A DNA stretch of 64,000 nucleotides, taken from assembly GCA_040954595.2 (NCBI GenBank), contig CM082597.2, positions 9,827,778 to 9,891,777 of the forward strand, given 5' to 3'. The position numbers and the translations under genes were made by a program. The notes beneath the pieces were generated by a model. The model made no database searches, was not told the origin of the DNA, and was given only the letters and a program-made list of their open reading frames with translations. Below, piece after piece: positions 26,164 through 38,688 of the stretch; position 1 is the stretch's first letter; each line of letters opens with the position of its first letter. Origin of the DNA: Balanoglossus misakiensis. Its lineage: Eukaryota > Animalia > Hemichordata.

Positions 26164-26468
26164 GGGAATACCGTTATTAACATGATTATTCCAGGATTAA
26201 ATATTTAGGGGCCCAAGCCTAACCGGCTTCGTTAAACAATTTGGGGAGTCATTTGCCATAGTACTTTATAATTAGCAGTAAAATGAGGGCTCTCTAAGAC
26301 ATGTGCAATCATTTTTAGTTGTGCATATTTTTGACACACCCATAGAAAAATAGCGTCAAACTGAGAAATTTAGGCATCAAGATTGATTAATCACCTCATC
26401 CTGATTGCCTGCTGTAAAACAATGAGCAGTCTTCTTGTGGACATGCCTGTGCGTAGTAGTCACTATTT

Positions 26469-27410
26469 TTAGGTCCCATTGGTATAGGCATACCATGGGA
26501 CCTTATGGGATCGGTTGCGTCTATATGTCTGTATGTCCGTCCACATCAAAAACTTGAAAACCGCTGCACGTATGACCTCGATATTTCGTGTGTAGATGCA
26601 GGCAGTGCTGTAGATGGGAGTTTGTTCAAATGAAGTTGTCATTGCCAAAAATATGCAAATTAGCTGGGAAAATGTGAAATTGGTCAAAACTCAAAAACTC
26701 GACAACCACTGTTCATATTGATTTTAAAATTGGTATGCATGTACCTTATGTCAACCTCATACAGTCCTGTATGTTTTGAGCTAATATTATCGATTTCCTA
26801 TTTTTTATGCATTTTTTTGTATTTTCTCATGTTATTGGTAAAAAGTCTTCATTTCTGAAAGTGATGGGCTTACTTCTTTGAAATTTAGTATGAAGCTTCC
26901 TAATGGTTGTCTGAGTAACCATAGTTTTGACCAAATCGTTGCAAAATTTGCATATTTATAATTTTGAGCAATATTTACCATTTTTGGTCAAAAATTTTCT
27001 TTAAAACCACATGCCAGATGGCTTTGCAATTTGGTAGGCATGTTCGTAGGGGTAACCTAAGTAATATGTTGTAAAAAAATCAGGGAAACTTTTGCAATTT
27101 TTGTCAAAAATTGTTTTCTCTGAAACCGCTTGTCATATTGCATTGAACTTTGGCAGCATGTTCCTTGTAGTGATTGAAGTAAGATATTGTACAATTTTGG
27201 TAATATTTGCATATTTGTGTTTTTTCTAGCGTCACTTGTAAGACTGCCATGACAGTTTATTGGGCATGTTCCTTGTTAATTTTTTTACATTCCATATTTC
27301 TATATGATTAGATCATATCTGCTTGCAATGTCACCTGTAATTTTTATTCTGGTGTGTCACTGTTTCCGTATAATCCTCAAATGGGACCACAGTGTCCTTG
27401 ACGCTATTTT
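26469..27410 (+). mobile_element. HINE family 1 copy
   Basis: Both ends present (ttaggtcccattgg...aatgggaccacagtgtccttgacgctatttt). Confidence 0.8.
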
Positions 27411-27662
27411 TTATATTTTGATTCTTTTATATAGGCAATCAGTTCAGTGTTGATTGCCAGTGTATTATCTACCTGTTTCAAATGTGTTATTCTGCATGTG
27501 AAGTAAAGTTTAAGCAGTATAATGCAAACCTTTTCTACTACTACTACTATCACTAAAAAAAAGTTATACAATTTCACAGGATTCTCTGACCAAAGATTCT
27601 TTGGGCCTGAAAAGAGTAGTTTGACTCGTGTTACCGAAAAGAAATGTTTTATGTTCACGGTG

Positions 27663-28387
27663 CAGTGTTCTCCACAGGTTGGAAAATTAATGTGGCTCCT
27701 AATTTGCATAAATTTGCATAAATAATTAATCAACAGAAGTTTCTGCCAGGCAAGTCACTTTTCACATATGACAAAAACTAAAACAATACAACCACTAAGA
27801 CTTACTTAAATTAATAATCAGCTGAAATATTTCCCCCTCATGCACTGAAAAAAGACAACAACACTGACAGATGACAGCTTAGCCCTGAATACATGTACAG
27901 TTTTCAAACATCTGATTTTTTGGAATGACACTCAGATCAAGAATTCCTGCATATTATGCACGGAAAATACTTTTGACCCTCTCAAAATTTCACAAACTAA
28001 TTTTTGCACATTACTGCTTGAACTTTCCACCCATGCAGAATAACATTTGAAATAAGCAGCTAAAGACCAGACCATCCATTGACATGCAAATATGTCGCAT
28101 GTCCCATACTGATACAGTGTAGCAACACCAGACTGCTTGCGTTTGTTTTTGATACATTGTAGGCCCACGCGAGCACAGGGAGACTGCGCATTGTTGTAAA
28201 GCTGGCGATGGAGTGAGGTGATTAATCGATCTTGACGCCTAATTGTCTCAGTTTGACGCTATTTTTCTATGGATGCGTCTTGGCGGCGGAAACTGTTAAT
28301 GTGGCGCACGGCGCACGCAATTAATGTGGGGCACGTGAATTTTATTGTGGCGCAGCGCCACATTAAATGGGCCTGTGGAGAACACTG
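27663..28387. mobile_element. hAT-type MITE, apparent 5-bp TSD
   Basis: 16-bp TIR CAGTGTTCTCCACAGG; flanks cggtg/cagtg. Confidence 0.75.
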
Positions 28388-29927
28388 CAGTGATTATGCC
28401 CACTGATGTCCGACATACGGTAACCGGGGCAAGATACAAAGATCGGACGACGGAAGTAACGCACAACTTTGCGCCTTGTTAAAAAATTTCGTCAGCTGCT
28501 TTCTTGAGATATATCTCTCGTCACGCCAATCATATCTCCAATCCAGCATGATCCAGAACTTTTTGTACAGAGTAGAAAAGAGACCATCTCTACTGTCTAT
28601 GATTATTTATAGTATCAGCAATTCGAATTACGTTTCTTTCCTATGACATTTTCGACAAGCATCAAGGACCCGGCAAAAGTTGTCGACTGACGACGTGACC
28701 GCGATTATCATCTAAATAAAGCAGACATTTTCTCATTGAATTGTTTTTTTTTGGCTCTATGTGTATTTCTGTCGATCAGTAAACTCGATGACCGGCGGGC
28801 TAAAGTTTGATCTACGTATATTTCGGGCAGCGGAACCCTTCTCAATTTGGGTAGAGAAATTGTACCCGTCACTTGCTAGCCAGGTCGGCCGCGTGTTACA
28901 TCTGTGTTGCTATCGGCGAGTCTAATCACATGCGGTTGAAGGCACAGTCAATATAAATAACACAGTCCCGAATCGAGCGTCAAAGCTGTCAGAGCGATCG
29001 AGCTCTCTGTAACAACAGTGCTCATATGTAGCTAGCTGGCTGGACGATCTTTTTCGTTTATCTGGCTAGGCCTACTACCGGTAGCACAAATTGACGATCT
29101 GTTTATAAGATTAGCTAAGGTGGTAAACTGTTGCGATTCGTGTGTGTATCTAACGTACTGTAAGTTAAACATCGCAACTAGCCTAATGTATGACTAGGAG
29201 GAGCACCTACTAATGCGAGAACCAGGGATTGAAAATTCTGCCTTTAAGTTTCAAGGCACCCCAACTCACCGTGTACAGGTATGCACTGTTATGCGGATGG
29301 TTTCAAGACACCTCCACTCTAACGCACGTAAACAAAAAAGAAAGATGGCTGCTCACTGAGTCAAATGAGTGTTTTTCAATCGATTGTATCGGCATTTTGA
29401 AAGCCAAGTAACATGCAACACAAGAACTAACGGAGATGTAAGATGTATAATAATAAGGTTATTACTAAAATACCGCAAAGTATGCACTCGGATATTAGGG
29501 CAGAGCATCGCCCTCCACTCCGCAAAGTGAAAGAGAAAGTGGCTGACTTATGAAATGCTTGGTTTAATCGTGTTTAATTTATAAGACTTTTGACCCTTTG
29601 ATATCTGGCTACTTGTGTTTATGTCGTATAACATAGCCAGAAAGGCTATTATGTGTGAGAAATGATGACAAAAAATCAATATCATTTCTGGCTATTATAC
29701 GACAGAAAGTAACCAGAGCAAACAGCTACTGTGTCAAATTTGTATAAAATTAGCATGCATAATATTTCTCCCAGAGTGCATTATGACCCATGTCTAAAAG
29801 TCAAAGTTAAAGTAGTAGAAGTTCAGTCTTGCTGATTTTTACATGCTTCTATGTGCTAGTGTTGTGACATTTTGGCCATGTACATGTACATAGAATACCT
29901 GACTAAACTGTATTTGCTTCTTTGTAG

Positions 29928-30142
29928 GTGTTAGCCTTGGATTCCAATATAACAAACCAAGTCACTAAACTTAACAGAGATCTGTTAAAATTGATTGGAG
30001 TTGGTGATTTCTCTGAAGAAGCACGTTGGACAGATCCATGCCTCTCCTATGTGCTACCAGAAGTCATTTGCAAAGTTTGTAACCACTGTCGAGATCTAGA
30101 TCTGTGTCGAGATCCACTCCTGGTACAGGATGAAAATTCAGT
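29928..30142 (+). CDS. POLE: POLE exon 14 in window (first CxxC of CysA)
   Basis: ttgtag|GTG...GT|gtaagt; [20 protein letters not shown]...[21 protein letters not shown]. Confidence 0.97.
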
Positions 30143-30494
30143 GTAAGTTAATTTGTCCAAATTGTTATAATGTCATAAAATGTATGCAACATCAGTCTTA
30201 AGGTAGCTTGTGATGTTTGAGTTAGGGTTAAACCTATTCATCAGTGGAAAACCTTTTTTATGAATTTTATTCGTGTGGCACCAAATTTGGATATTAATCA
30301 TCTATTATCATAATGCAAGGCCTGTATTTGCCACTATTGTTCTCACAGTAAAGATATCAGCCAGTATTTTCACCGAGTGAAAATACAGAATAATATTTTC
30401 ACTCCGTGTCTCGAACTATTTTTGAGAACGTGCTGAAATCATCACACAGTGAACCGGACAGTTTGCTGCGCGCGCGAGCGACGTACGGGATATA

Positions 30495-31362
30495 CCGTAC
30501 TTGCCCGGGTAAGAGCCCTGGGTGCTGCGCCCCCGAATTGACGAAAAAACAGGGGGGGGGGGGGTTGCCAGGACACCACCTCGACTTTTATGCAAATGAG
30601 AGGCCTAGGGACATATGCAAATGAGAGGCCTAGGGACACGAGGAAGGGATGAATAATGATGCAAATAACATGGCAAAACATTTCACACTCAAAAGATGTA
30701 CTTTATTAAATAATAAAAAGTTTTTTTCCCATAAATCAAATACAGAAAACATATTACAGTCGCCGCCGTTTAATCGGGACACCATGGGCGCAGACAAAAC
30801 ATCCCGTTTAACCGGGACATTGGTAAATGGTCGATCCCACCCATGCATGTTCACCTTACATGCTATTGTTTACTTAGACAACGACGGGCGCACGTAAATA
30901 CATCTATCTTTATGTGTAGTTTTCTGAACAAAATGATGCATCAGCATCGTGGAAATCATGCCCTTCTCTACCGAAATTTTTGAGTGGTTCATTCTCCGAG
31001 TCCAAGTCGCGATCTTCCAATTTTGGGTGTTTCGCATCGAGGACGGACTGAAGCAGCTCCACGCGGCCGCTTTGGAAAGCTCCCCGGTGACCTCATACGC
31101 GGCAGCGCGTCCATCTACGTGATCGTTGAATTCGAGGCACGGTCCCGAGTCAATCATCATACGTTTTTTTTTCACATTTAGTGACTTTGGGGATGAAAAT
31201 CCGCCTTTTTTGCATTGCACTTTATTAAATTTCCAAGAATTTAATGGATATTCGGCCGAGGGAGGGGGGGGGGCTTTAGACCGGATAACCTCGATCTTCA
31301 AATGGGCCCTAAAACCATGGGGGCGTTTGCCCGTGCAGGGGCTCTTACCCAGGCAAGTACGG
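30495..31362. mobile_element. Tc1/mariner-type MITE
   Basis: TA TSD; TIR CCGTACTTGCCYGGGTAAGAGCCC. Confidence 0.85.
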
Positions 31363-31745
31363 TAGGACTCTAGTGGAGAGGGGTGTTGCAAAATTCGGTT
31401 ATTAGAAGCTGTAATAACGTTTTCAAAGCAGGCGGTTTTGCCATGTTGAATGTATCATTTTACTTTGTTGGATTCTCAATGCGAAACAATTGTTAACATG
31501 ATATTTTGAAAGAGAACGTAGACAATTTTATTTAGAGGTGTGCCCATCATTATGAAAGCTGCCTACCCCTTAGAATGATGCTACGGCCTACACGTTGATC
31601 ACCTGATCACATCGCCCTGTCACACTTGGCTATGGGACACTGCCGTGATCCCAGGGCGCCCGGTTCAAATTTCTGGCTGTGAAATTGTTTTTTCCGGTGC
31701 ATTTTCGCATATCGTACTGTTTTATAGGTATGCATGTACGATAAA

Positions 31746-31841
31746 GGGGTTATTACACTAAGTTTGGTCGATAACGCAACTCATTCTCATGATGTCACTC
31801 GAATACGCCGCGTTATCGACCAAACTTAGTGTAATAAGCCC
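31746..31841. mobile_element. Miniature palindromic element (Harbinger-like ends)
   Basis: ggg.ttattacactaagtttggtcgataacgc inverted at both ends. Confidence 0.7.
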
Positions 31842-32099
31842 TAGGTATTGATGCAGACAAGATTGATATTACAATCAAGTATCATCCAGTTGTAGACTAA
31901 AATTAATTGATAGCTTCATGTACTGTTCGAAATATATTGGAATCATTGATTCTACATGTAGTAATATTTTTACATGATATTTACCAGAATGTTAGAGTAA
32001 AACTAAAGTAACATTTGTGAAGTTTTATTACCCGGGTACTTCATTTTTTCTCAAAACCAACTTGTTTGTGGACATCAAAGAGGAAGAAGTGACCATTTG

Positions 32100-32410
32100 T
32101 CAGTATACACATGATGACTGACAATGGGGGCAACAGTGTATTTTGATGACCGAGGGTGCTGCTAGTCACAACTAAAACAGACTTTTTGGTGTGACTGGCA
32201 GTCCCGAGGTCATCAAAAATACACTGTTGCCCAGATATGTCAGTTATCATGTGTTTTATAACACATCAAACACGACACACACCACATCCAGGCAACAGTA
32301 CTGCGCAGAAACCAATCGAACTGTTGCCCTAGGGAACAGTTCAAAATGACAAAGGTCACGTGACGGCGTATTGACGAATCACGATCGAGGGTTCGCTGCA
32401 TGGTGTGTTT
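32100..32410. mobile_element. Hairpin-ended repeat; inverted copy at about 58433-58705
   Basis: Shared sequence atacacatgatgactgac...gttcgctgcatggtgtgtt. Confidence 0.7.
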
Positions 32411-32458
32411 TAATTAAATTTGTTTGATTTGATTTGATTTTATTTTATTTTATTTCAG

Positions 32459-32591
32459 TGCTGTTTGGCAGTGTATCCAGTGTCAAAATGAGTATGATGT
32501 TAATGTCATAGAGCGGGATCTTGTGGATGCAGTACAGCGACTGTCCATGGCTTGTACCTTACAAGATTTGATGTGTACCAAGTGTAAAATG
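32459..32591 (+). CDS. POLE: POLE exon 15 in window (end of CysA, start of CysB)
   Basis: tttcag|T...ATG|gtgagt; WQCIQCQNEYD...TLQDLMCTKCK. Confidence 0.95.
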
Positions 32592-33134
32592 GTGAGTTGC
32601 CTCAAAAGACAGCTTTAGCTGCAATAGTTTGTAACTTCACTCAACCTCAGGGTTCTCCACAGGGTTTTATGAGGGGCCCTCTGTTTTTTGTGGCCGCTCC
32701 TCTGTCGTATGTGCTGCCCCTGCATTTGACAACACCGCCCCTTTGTTTTACCCTGTAGAAAACAAAGCCTGCGCGTTGTGGTTTACAATGTTACTATACT
32801 AGCGTCCTTTGGGGGTCATTCAGTCAAAAAGTACATGTTGACCATTTCATTCGGTGCACCAGTGCATCCTATAAATAGCATCATAGTAGTAACAGGTACA
32901 AATTGCAACAATTAATGCAGCTAGGTCAGTGTTCCAGTCGCAACACCTTATCTAAACTTGACAAAAGATGTAGCAACTTTTGTTGGAGGTCATGCCATGT
33001 GTCCGCACATCTGCAGAATACTTGTTGCGTGTACTTGATGCATTTGCACACGTCAAACGGTGATACAATCTTTGCTCACTTTGAAAACAGGAGCTGACAT
33101 CTCACTAGAAGCAGCTAGAGTTTTTTGTGGCAAA

Positions 33135-34086
33135 AGTTTTTATGCAGATGACTCTTCACTTTATATGTCTTTTAGTAAAGACAACGCAGCAAGAACTGTT
33201 TCAAATCTTGAACTTTGTATTTCTGATGTTAGGTTTTGGATGTCTGAAAACTTCTTGTGCTTAAACGATGATAAGACTGAATTTGTTATTTTCTCTGGTA
33301 TTTTGGGTGATCTGTCTGCTAGAGGGATTTCAGAAATTCGTGTTGGCGATTCTCTGATTCCCGTCCATTGTCAGGCTAAGAGCCTTGGAGTGATCCTTGA
33401 CTCTTGTCTGACAATGAAGCCACATATTGGACAGATCTGCCGCTCTGCCACTTTTCATTTACGTCGCATTGCGCTTATCCGCAAATATTTATCTCATTCA
33501 GCTACAGAGCAATTAGTTCATGCATTCATTACGTCTCGAATTGATTCATGTAATTCACTTTTATTTGGGCTCCCGAAGTATTCAATCAACCGTATCCAAC
33601 GCGTTCAGAATATTGCTGCTAGAATTGTAACTCGTTCTAAAATCACCTGTCACATCACTCCAATTTTGTATCAGTTGCACTGGCTACCTGTTACAGAGCG
33701 TATTGTTTTTAAGATGTTAGTTCTCATTTTTAAATCCATTCATAAACTTGGTCCAATCTATCTTTCTAGCATGACTAATCTATATGTTCCATGTCGCAAT
33801 TTAAGGTCAGCTGATCAGTTCAAACTCTGCCCTGTTCGATCACGCACCAAGAGTTATGGTGATCGTGCTTTTACTGTTGCTGCTCCAATTCTTTGGAATA
33901 ATCTTCCACTCACCATTCGCCAGGCACCAGACTTATCTGTTTTTAAATCAAATGTTAAAACTTTACTTTTTAAATCTGTTTTTTAGCCATTTGTTGTATT
34001 GTACTTTTGCTTTAAGCGTCATTGATCACATTTTTTTGTGGATACTGACGCTATACAAATAAATTATTATTATTATTATTATTATA
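33135..34086 (+). mobile_element. 5'-truncated L2-like LINE
   Basis: FYADD...LNDDKTE...HITPILYQLHWLP...GDRAF; 3' cgctatacaaat followed by an (ATT)n tail. Confidence 0.93.
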
Positions 34087-34612
34087 AAGTTTCCATTGAA
34101 GTCTGGATTCGTCAGCATTGTATTAAAGGTTGATTGCTGTTGTTTTCTCTCGCTATATAACTTCATGTACATTGTTTGTAGATTTTCCATAAACGATTCT
34201 ACTTCATCTATACCTGAAGAAAGTTTCTCAGCCTGAACATTAATCTGACAGATGTTGCTAGTATGGCAAGGGTGTCCTGATAATGCAGCAAAAGCCAAAC
34301 ACTTGAGTCATTCACATAGGGCTGAGTCTAACAGTACATGTACATGTATGTTTCAAATTCCAGCACAATCTCTTTATCTGAGTTGGTTAAATCCATATTT
34401 TGTTGCCAAATGTCCATTTCTGTTGTCACTCCTTGCTCTGTGTTGTCTGCTGGTACATTCCTGTTTGGTAGCTGGAAGGGCATTGACATTGTATTTTGTG
34501 GTATGTTGTGTCTTCTTGTGCTGAGTAAGCCATGTTGCCAATTCTCCAAATACATGTACTCACTGTCAAAATATTGCTCCTTTGTGAGAGACACTGTGAT
34601 GCAGGTCTGTGT

Positions 34613-35184
34613 GGGAAGAGTTAAAATGCGGGTTGCCGATTGCGGGTCGTAAAATATGGTTGTGTTTTGATGATGAAAGAATAATAATATTATATGTCAA
34701 CAGAAACGATAAAATGATTGCTTCCCAGAAGTTCAATTTACACAATTTGCGCCACAACTCCGGCAGCGGACTTTGACCCTCACACTCATATGTGTTCCAG
34801 CGGGTAGTACTCGCTGAAATACGTAAACAGTCCAGTGAGTTTTTCACGAAAGGAGTTTTGGGACCAGAAATAATCAGAGTTCAAGCTTGTATAGGTCGTT
34901 TTATTGAATTACGCTCACTTTGCTTTCTGTTGCCGTTCAAATGTTCCTACACAAGTCGGGTCGTTGCAACTACACGATTAGAATGGGGTTTGCCCGCAGC
35001 TAGCTGTCCGTGGGAGTAATCAGCCCGTGCATGGGAACCATGTCGATCCGAACATATCAGCATTATATCAGATCATTTCACAACCACAACGTGACACAGA
35101 GATGCATTCGATCATCACTGCGATTTTTATTCTGATTTTATTTTTATTCATTGGCAACCCGCAGCCCGCACATTAATCACTTTC
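34613..35184. mobile_element. MULE-type non-autonomous element
   Basis: 9-bp TSD GGTCTGTGT (34604-34612, 35185-35193); imperfect TIRs with tgcgggt/acccgca repeats. Confidence 0.75.
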
Positions 35185-35275
35185 GGTCTGTGTTAGCAAA
35201 GGCAGCATAATTGGCTGTACATACAGGGGCTGTAATACAGGTCTGTATTCAGTGATGTTAAGACATTGGCTTTAA

Positions 35276-35691
35276 GGATGTACGTTCAATAACATTGAAA
35301 GTATTGTCATTTTTTTTTATTGTGGATTTTTTTATTATTGTATTTACATGTATAATGAAAATCCGTAATAAAATATAGGGGTCACCGCGCTTGTTTATGA
35401 AATACAGAGCCATGAATTTGGTTGATAATAGAAGAAATCTGCTGACCCAGCATTTTTCACCAATGGTTTGTTTATATGGGCAAAATTTTAACGCAATTTA
35501 TCTCAAAATAGAGCGCGGTGACCCCTATATTTTATTTGACCAATGAATTTATATTTGCTGGACTGAGCTATGTGTAAAATTTCGTGAAAATGACAATAGT
35601 AGAAGTTTGTTTTCTGGCGATTATCAATGTAATCCTATGGGAAAAAGACCGGGCGCGCAGTGTTTCCGGTTTATGTTCTGCGCGTACATCC
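35276..35691. mobile_element. TTAA/Kolobok-type MITE
   Basis: TTAA TSD; TIR GGATGTACG; internal IR aaatataggggtcaccgcgct. Confidence 0.8.
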
Positions 35692-35695
35692 TTAA

Positions 35696-36230
35696 CAGTG
35701 CATTATGTCTTATTATATTATGTCATGCCACCGTCCGCCATTCTGATTGGACGAGAGCAACATTGGTAAAATACTGTTTTAACACTGCTAGCAGTGGTAA
35801 AACGGGCCCCTGAACTAGCATGCGGCAGGGAAAATGTGCTGTTAAACCACAGTCGCGTGGAATTAAACCAAATAAATAACATAATAACACTTGAATTTTG
35901 GTACTGCTCTGCTCTGAATATTTTGCAATTTTGTCACTTTTTATCGTCTGCTTCATGTTAAATGCTCGATCCAGGGCCGCTCGTGTTTACATTCATCGTC
36001 GCCACGTTGGTTCACAATCGTAACTTTTTTTTCTGACGCCGTTTCGTTTAGAAAATGACACTGATATGCCACGCAATCAATTGTTGATATAATATACTAG
36101 TATATAATATAATAGCAATATAATGTTGATATAATATAATAGCAATAACCCCTGCCTCAGTCGGGTATACACTCGATTTTGGTACTATTCGAGACATATA
36201 GCACGAGCCGTTAGGCAAGTGCTATATGAG
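35696..36230 (-). mobile_element. Eulor-like hairpin element, inverted copy of the 14685 family
   Basis: Reverse-complement match to 14750-15090 and 15650-15830. Confidence 0.7.
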
Positions 36231-36272
36231 ATTTGTGGCTGTGGTAACCAGACAACTTTTTTTACTTTACAG

Positions 36273-36382
36273 ATCAAAGCACTGAATATGCCTGAACATT
36301 GTGAGTGTGCTGGGAATTTCTCAGTGATAATGTCACATGATACATTTAAGAAGAAATTGAAAGTATTCCAAAACATTGCAGA
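36273..36382 (+). CDS. POLE: POLE exon 16 in window (end of CysB)
   Basis: ttacag|ATC...GA|gtgagt; MPEHCECAGNF...VFQNIA. Confidence 0.94.
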
Positions 36383-36396
36383 GTGAGTACAACTCA

Positions 36397-38590
36397 TTAG
36401 GTCCCATTTTGGTGTGTATACCATGGGACCTTATGGAATCAGTTGCATCTGTATGTATGTATGTATGTATGGATATATGTCTGTATGTATGTCCGCATCA
36501 AAAACTTGGAAAGTGCTTAGCATATCATCTTGATATTTGGTGTACAGATGCAAGCTGGGCTGTAGATGGGAGTTTGTTCAAATGAAGTTGTCATTACCAA
36601 AAATTATGCAAATTTGGCGGACAAATGTGAAATTGGTCAAAACTCAGAAACTCAAAAACTACTGGCAGGGATCGCGTTAACGCAGAATTCCTCGTCTGAG
36701 ACGCAAGCTTTTTTGCTGGGACGCGGGTTGCCTTTGATGTCTGCATCGGGGGAACCCCAGCTTAGCGCACACTGCAGTAATGAATGATCCGTCTTGTAAT
36801 TTTAATTTGTCTATTCAAAAATCACTTTTACGGCTTGCTAATCCAGAAGATTGACACTTGTAAACAAAAACAAAGTGTGAAATAATCATTTGACTGAAGC
36901 ATGTTAGAGTTTTCCCGACAAAGAAAGAAAAACTGGCTTCGTTTTTCAACAAGTCACTTGTGAACGATGTGTCATTGATAATGATATGCAGTGAGTTGAA
37001 AGGTCAGCAGATTGACTAAAGATGGCGACCGTGCTCAGAAACGACGTGAGCACGTTCTCGCTTTTGATTATGCTTTTACAGCTCGTCTGTCTTCATTGGT
37101 TCAATCCTTTCACCCGTTTTCGCTTTAAAATCTTTGGTTTATCTGACTCTTAGCTGGACTGGGTAAAAATAGGGGTGAAACTCGTCAACAATCAGAACAC
37201 TGACACCAATACAGCTATGCATTGCTTACTCACTGTGGCACCCTGTTAAGTCTACTATACTGACGAGGCAATGTCCATCTATGCCTCGATCTTCCACGCC
37301 AGTCAGAAACAACCGTGATGTCAGTAAGAGTGGTAAAAGATTGTTTTCGTGTGCTGACCAACACCAAATAATTTATCAACGTTGATAAAAATTCCACTTG
37401 AGGGTAAAGATAGAACTGGTTTTAATTTTTCTTAAGTTATGTCAAACTTTTATGAACAGAAAGCTAGGAGGAAGTTTATTTTGTTACAAAAATGAAACGT
37501 TCATAGATGTCATATGTGGAAATACACTTAAATTATGATGGTGACTTCGCTAGTAAGTGTGTGCGAGTACGTATATGTTATATTTATACCAGTATATTGA
37601 TGGTGTAAATCACGCTATTTTATTGGTCGAGACACGTCACGTGACTGTGATATATTCGTCACATACCACAGTCATATATCACGCAAAACTCATAGTCAAA
37701 GAAAATGCCTTTTTAAAATGTTTTATGCAAAGTTTCAATATACTGGTATAATATAATAGCAATAAAACACCCCCAGCCATGGTATACCACTCGATTTTGA
37801 CCAGTTCAACTCCATATACGCACTCGCTATCGCTCGTGCGTATATGTCAAGAACTGGTCAAAATCTTGTGGTATACCATGGCTGGGGGTGTTTTATTGCT
37901 TAAATAAATTGGAAAAATGGGGACCCGAAAAAATATTTAGGGACCCCTCATTTTCACAAGGAAGGGGTCCCAGGGACCCCAATATTCTGAGGTCTAGCGC
38001 AATCCCTGTACTGGTCAGATTGTTTTGAAAATTGGTATGCATGTACCTTATGTCAACTTCATACAGCCCTGTACGGTTTGAGTTAATATTATGAATTTTG
38101 TATTTTTTGTGCATTTTTATGTTTTTTTTCCACATTATTGGTAAAAAATCTCCTTTTCTGAAAATGATCTGTCGTCTTCTTTTAAATTTAATATAAAGCT
38201 TATATAGTTGATCTGAGTTGCCATAGTCTTGCATATTTGTAATTTTGAGCAATTTTGCCTATTTTCTCTAAAACTTTGTCAGATTGCTTTGAAATTTGCT
38301 AGGCATGGTGATCCGAGTTACCATAGCTTCGTTCAATTTGTTAAAAAATGTGCATATTTATAATTTTGTAGCAATTTTTGCCTCTTTTGGTCAAAAATAG
38401 TTTTCTCTAAAACCGCTTGTCAGATTGCTTTGAAATTTGGTAGGCATGTTCCTAGCAGTAACTCAAGTAAGATGTTCTAAAAAAATGTTGTGGAAAACGT
38501 GAAATTTGTCAAAACTCAGAAACTCATCAACCACTGGTCATATTGATTTGAAAATTGGAATTTATGTACCTTATGTTAACCTCACAATGT
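36397..38590 (+). mobile_element. HINE family 1 copy (3' end missing) interrupted by a hAT element
   Basis: 5' end ttaggtcccatt; resumes at tactggtcagattg after the insertion. Confidence 0.75.
36666..38008. mobile_element. hAT-type element with 6-bp TSD, carrying a nested hairpin element (37587-37903)
   Basis: TIR CAGGGATCGCGTTA/TAGCGCAATCCCTG; TACTGG duplicated; empty site actactggtcag in the paralogue at about 15353. Confidence 0.8.
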
Positions 38591-38627
38591 CAACTTATAA
38601 ATACTGTAAATGTGCATCTCTTCACAG

Positions 38628-38688
38628 ACACTACAAAATGGCATTACTTGAAGAAACTGTTGCATGGATTTTGGAAATGAACCTTTAA
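38628..38688 (+). CDS. POLE: POLE terminal coding exon
   Basis: tcacag|A CAC TAC AAA ATG...CTT TAA; HYKMALLEETVAWIL (cf. HYGMSYLLETLEWLL). Confidence 0.93.

Noticed and set aside
33060-33134. N-terminus of the 308-aa ORF
   Set aside because: Flanking sequence read in frame with a 5'-truncated LINE.
2168-38688. Unusual POLE features (non-canonical introns, lost cysteines, frameshifts)
   Set aside because: All introns are GT-AG, phases are consistent and the CysA/CysB cysteines are present.
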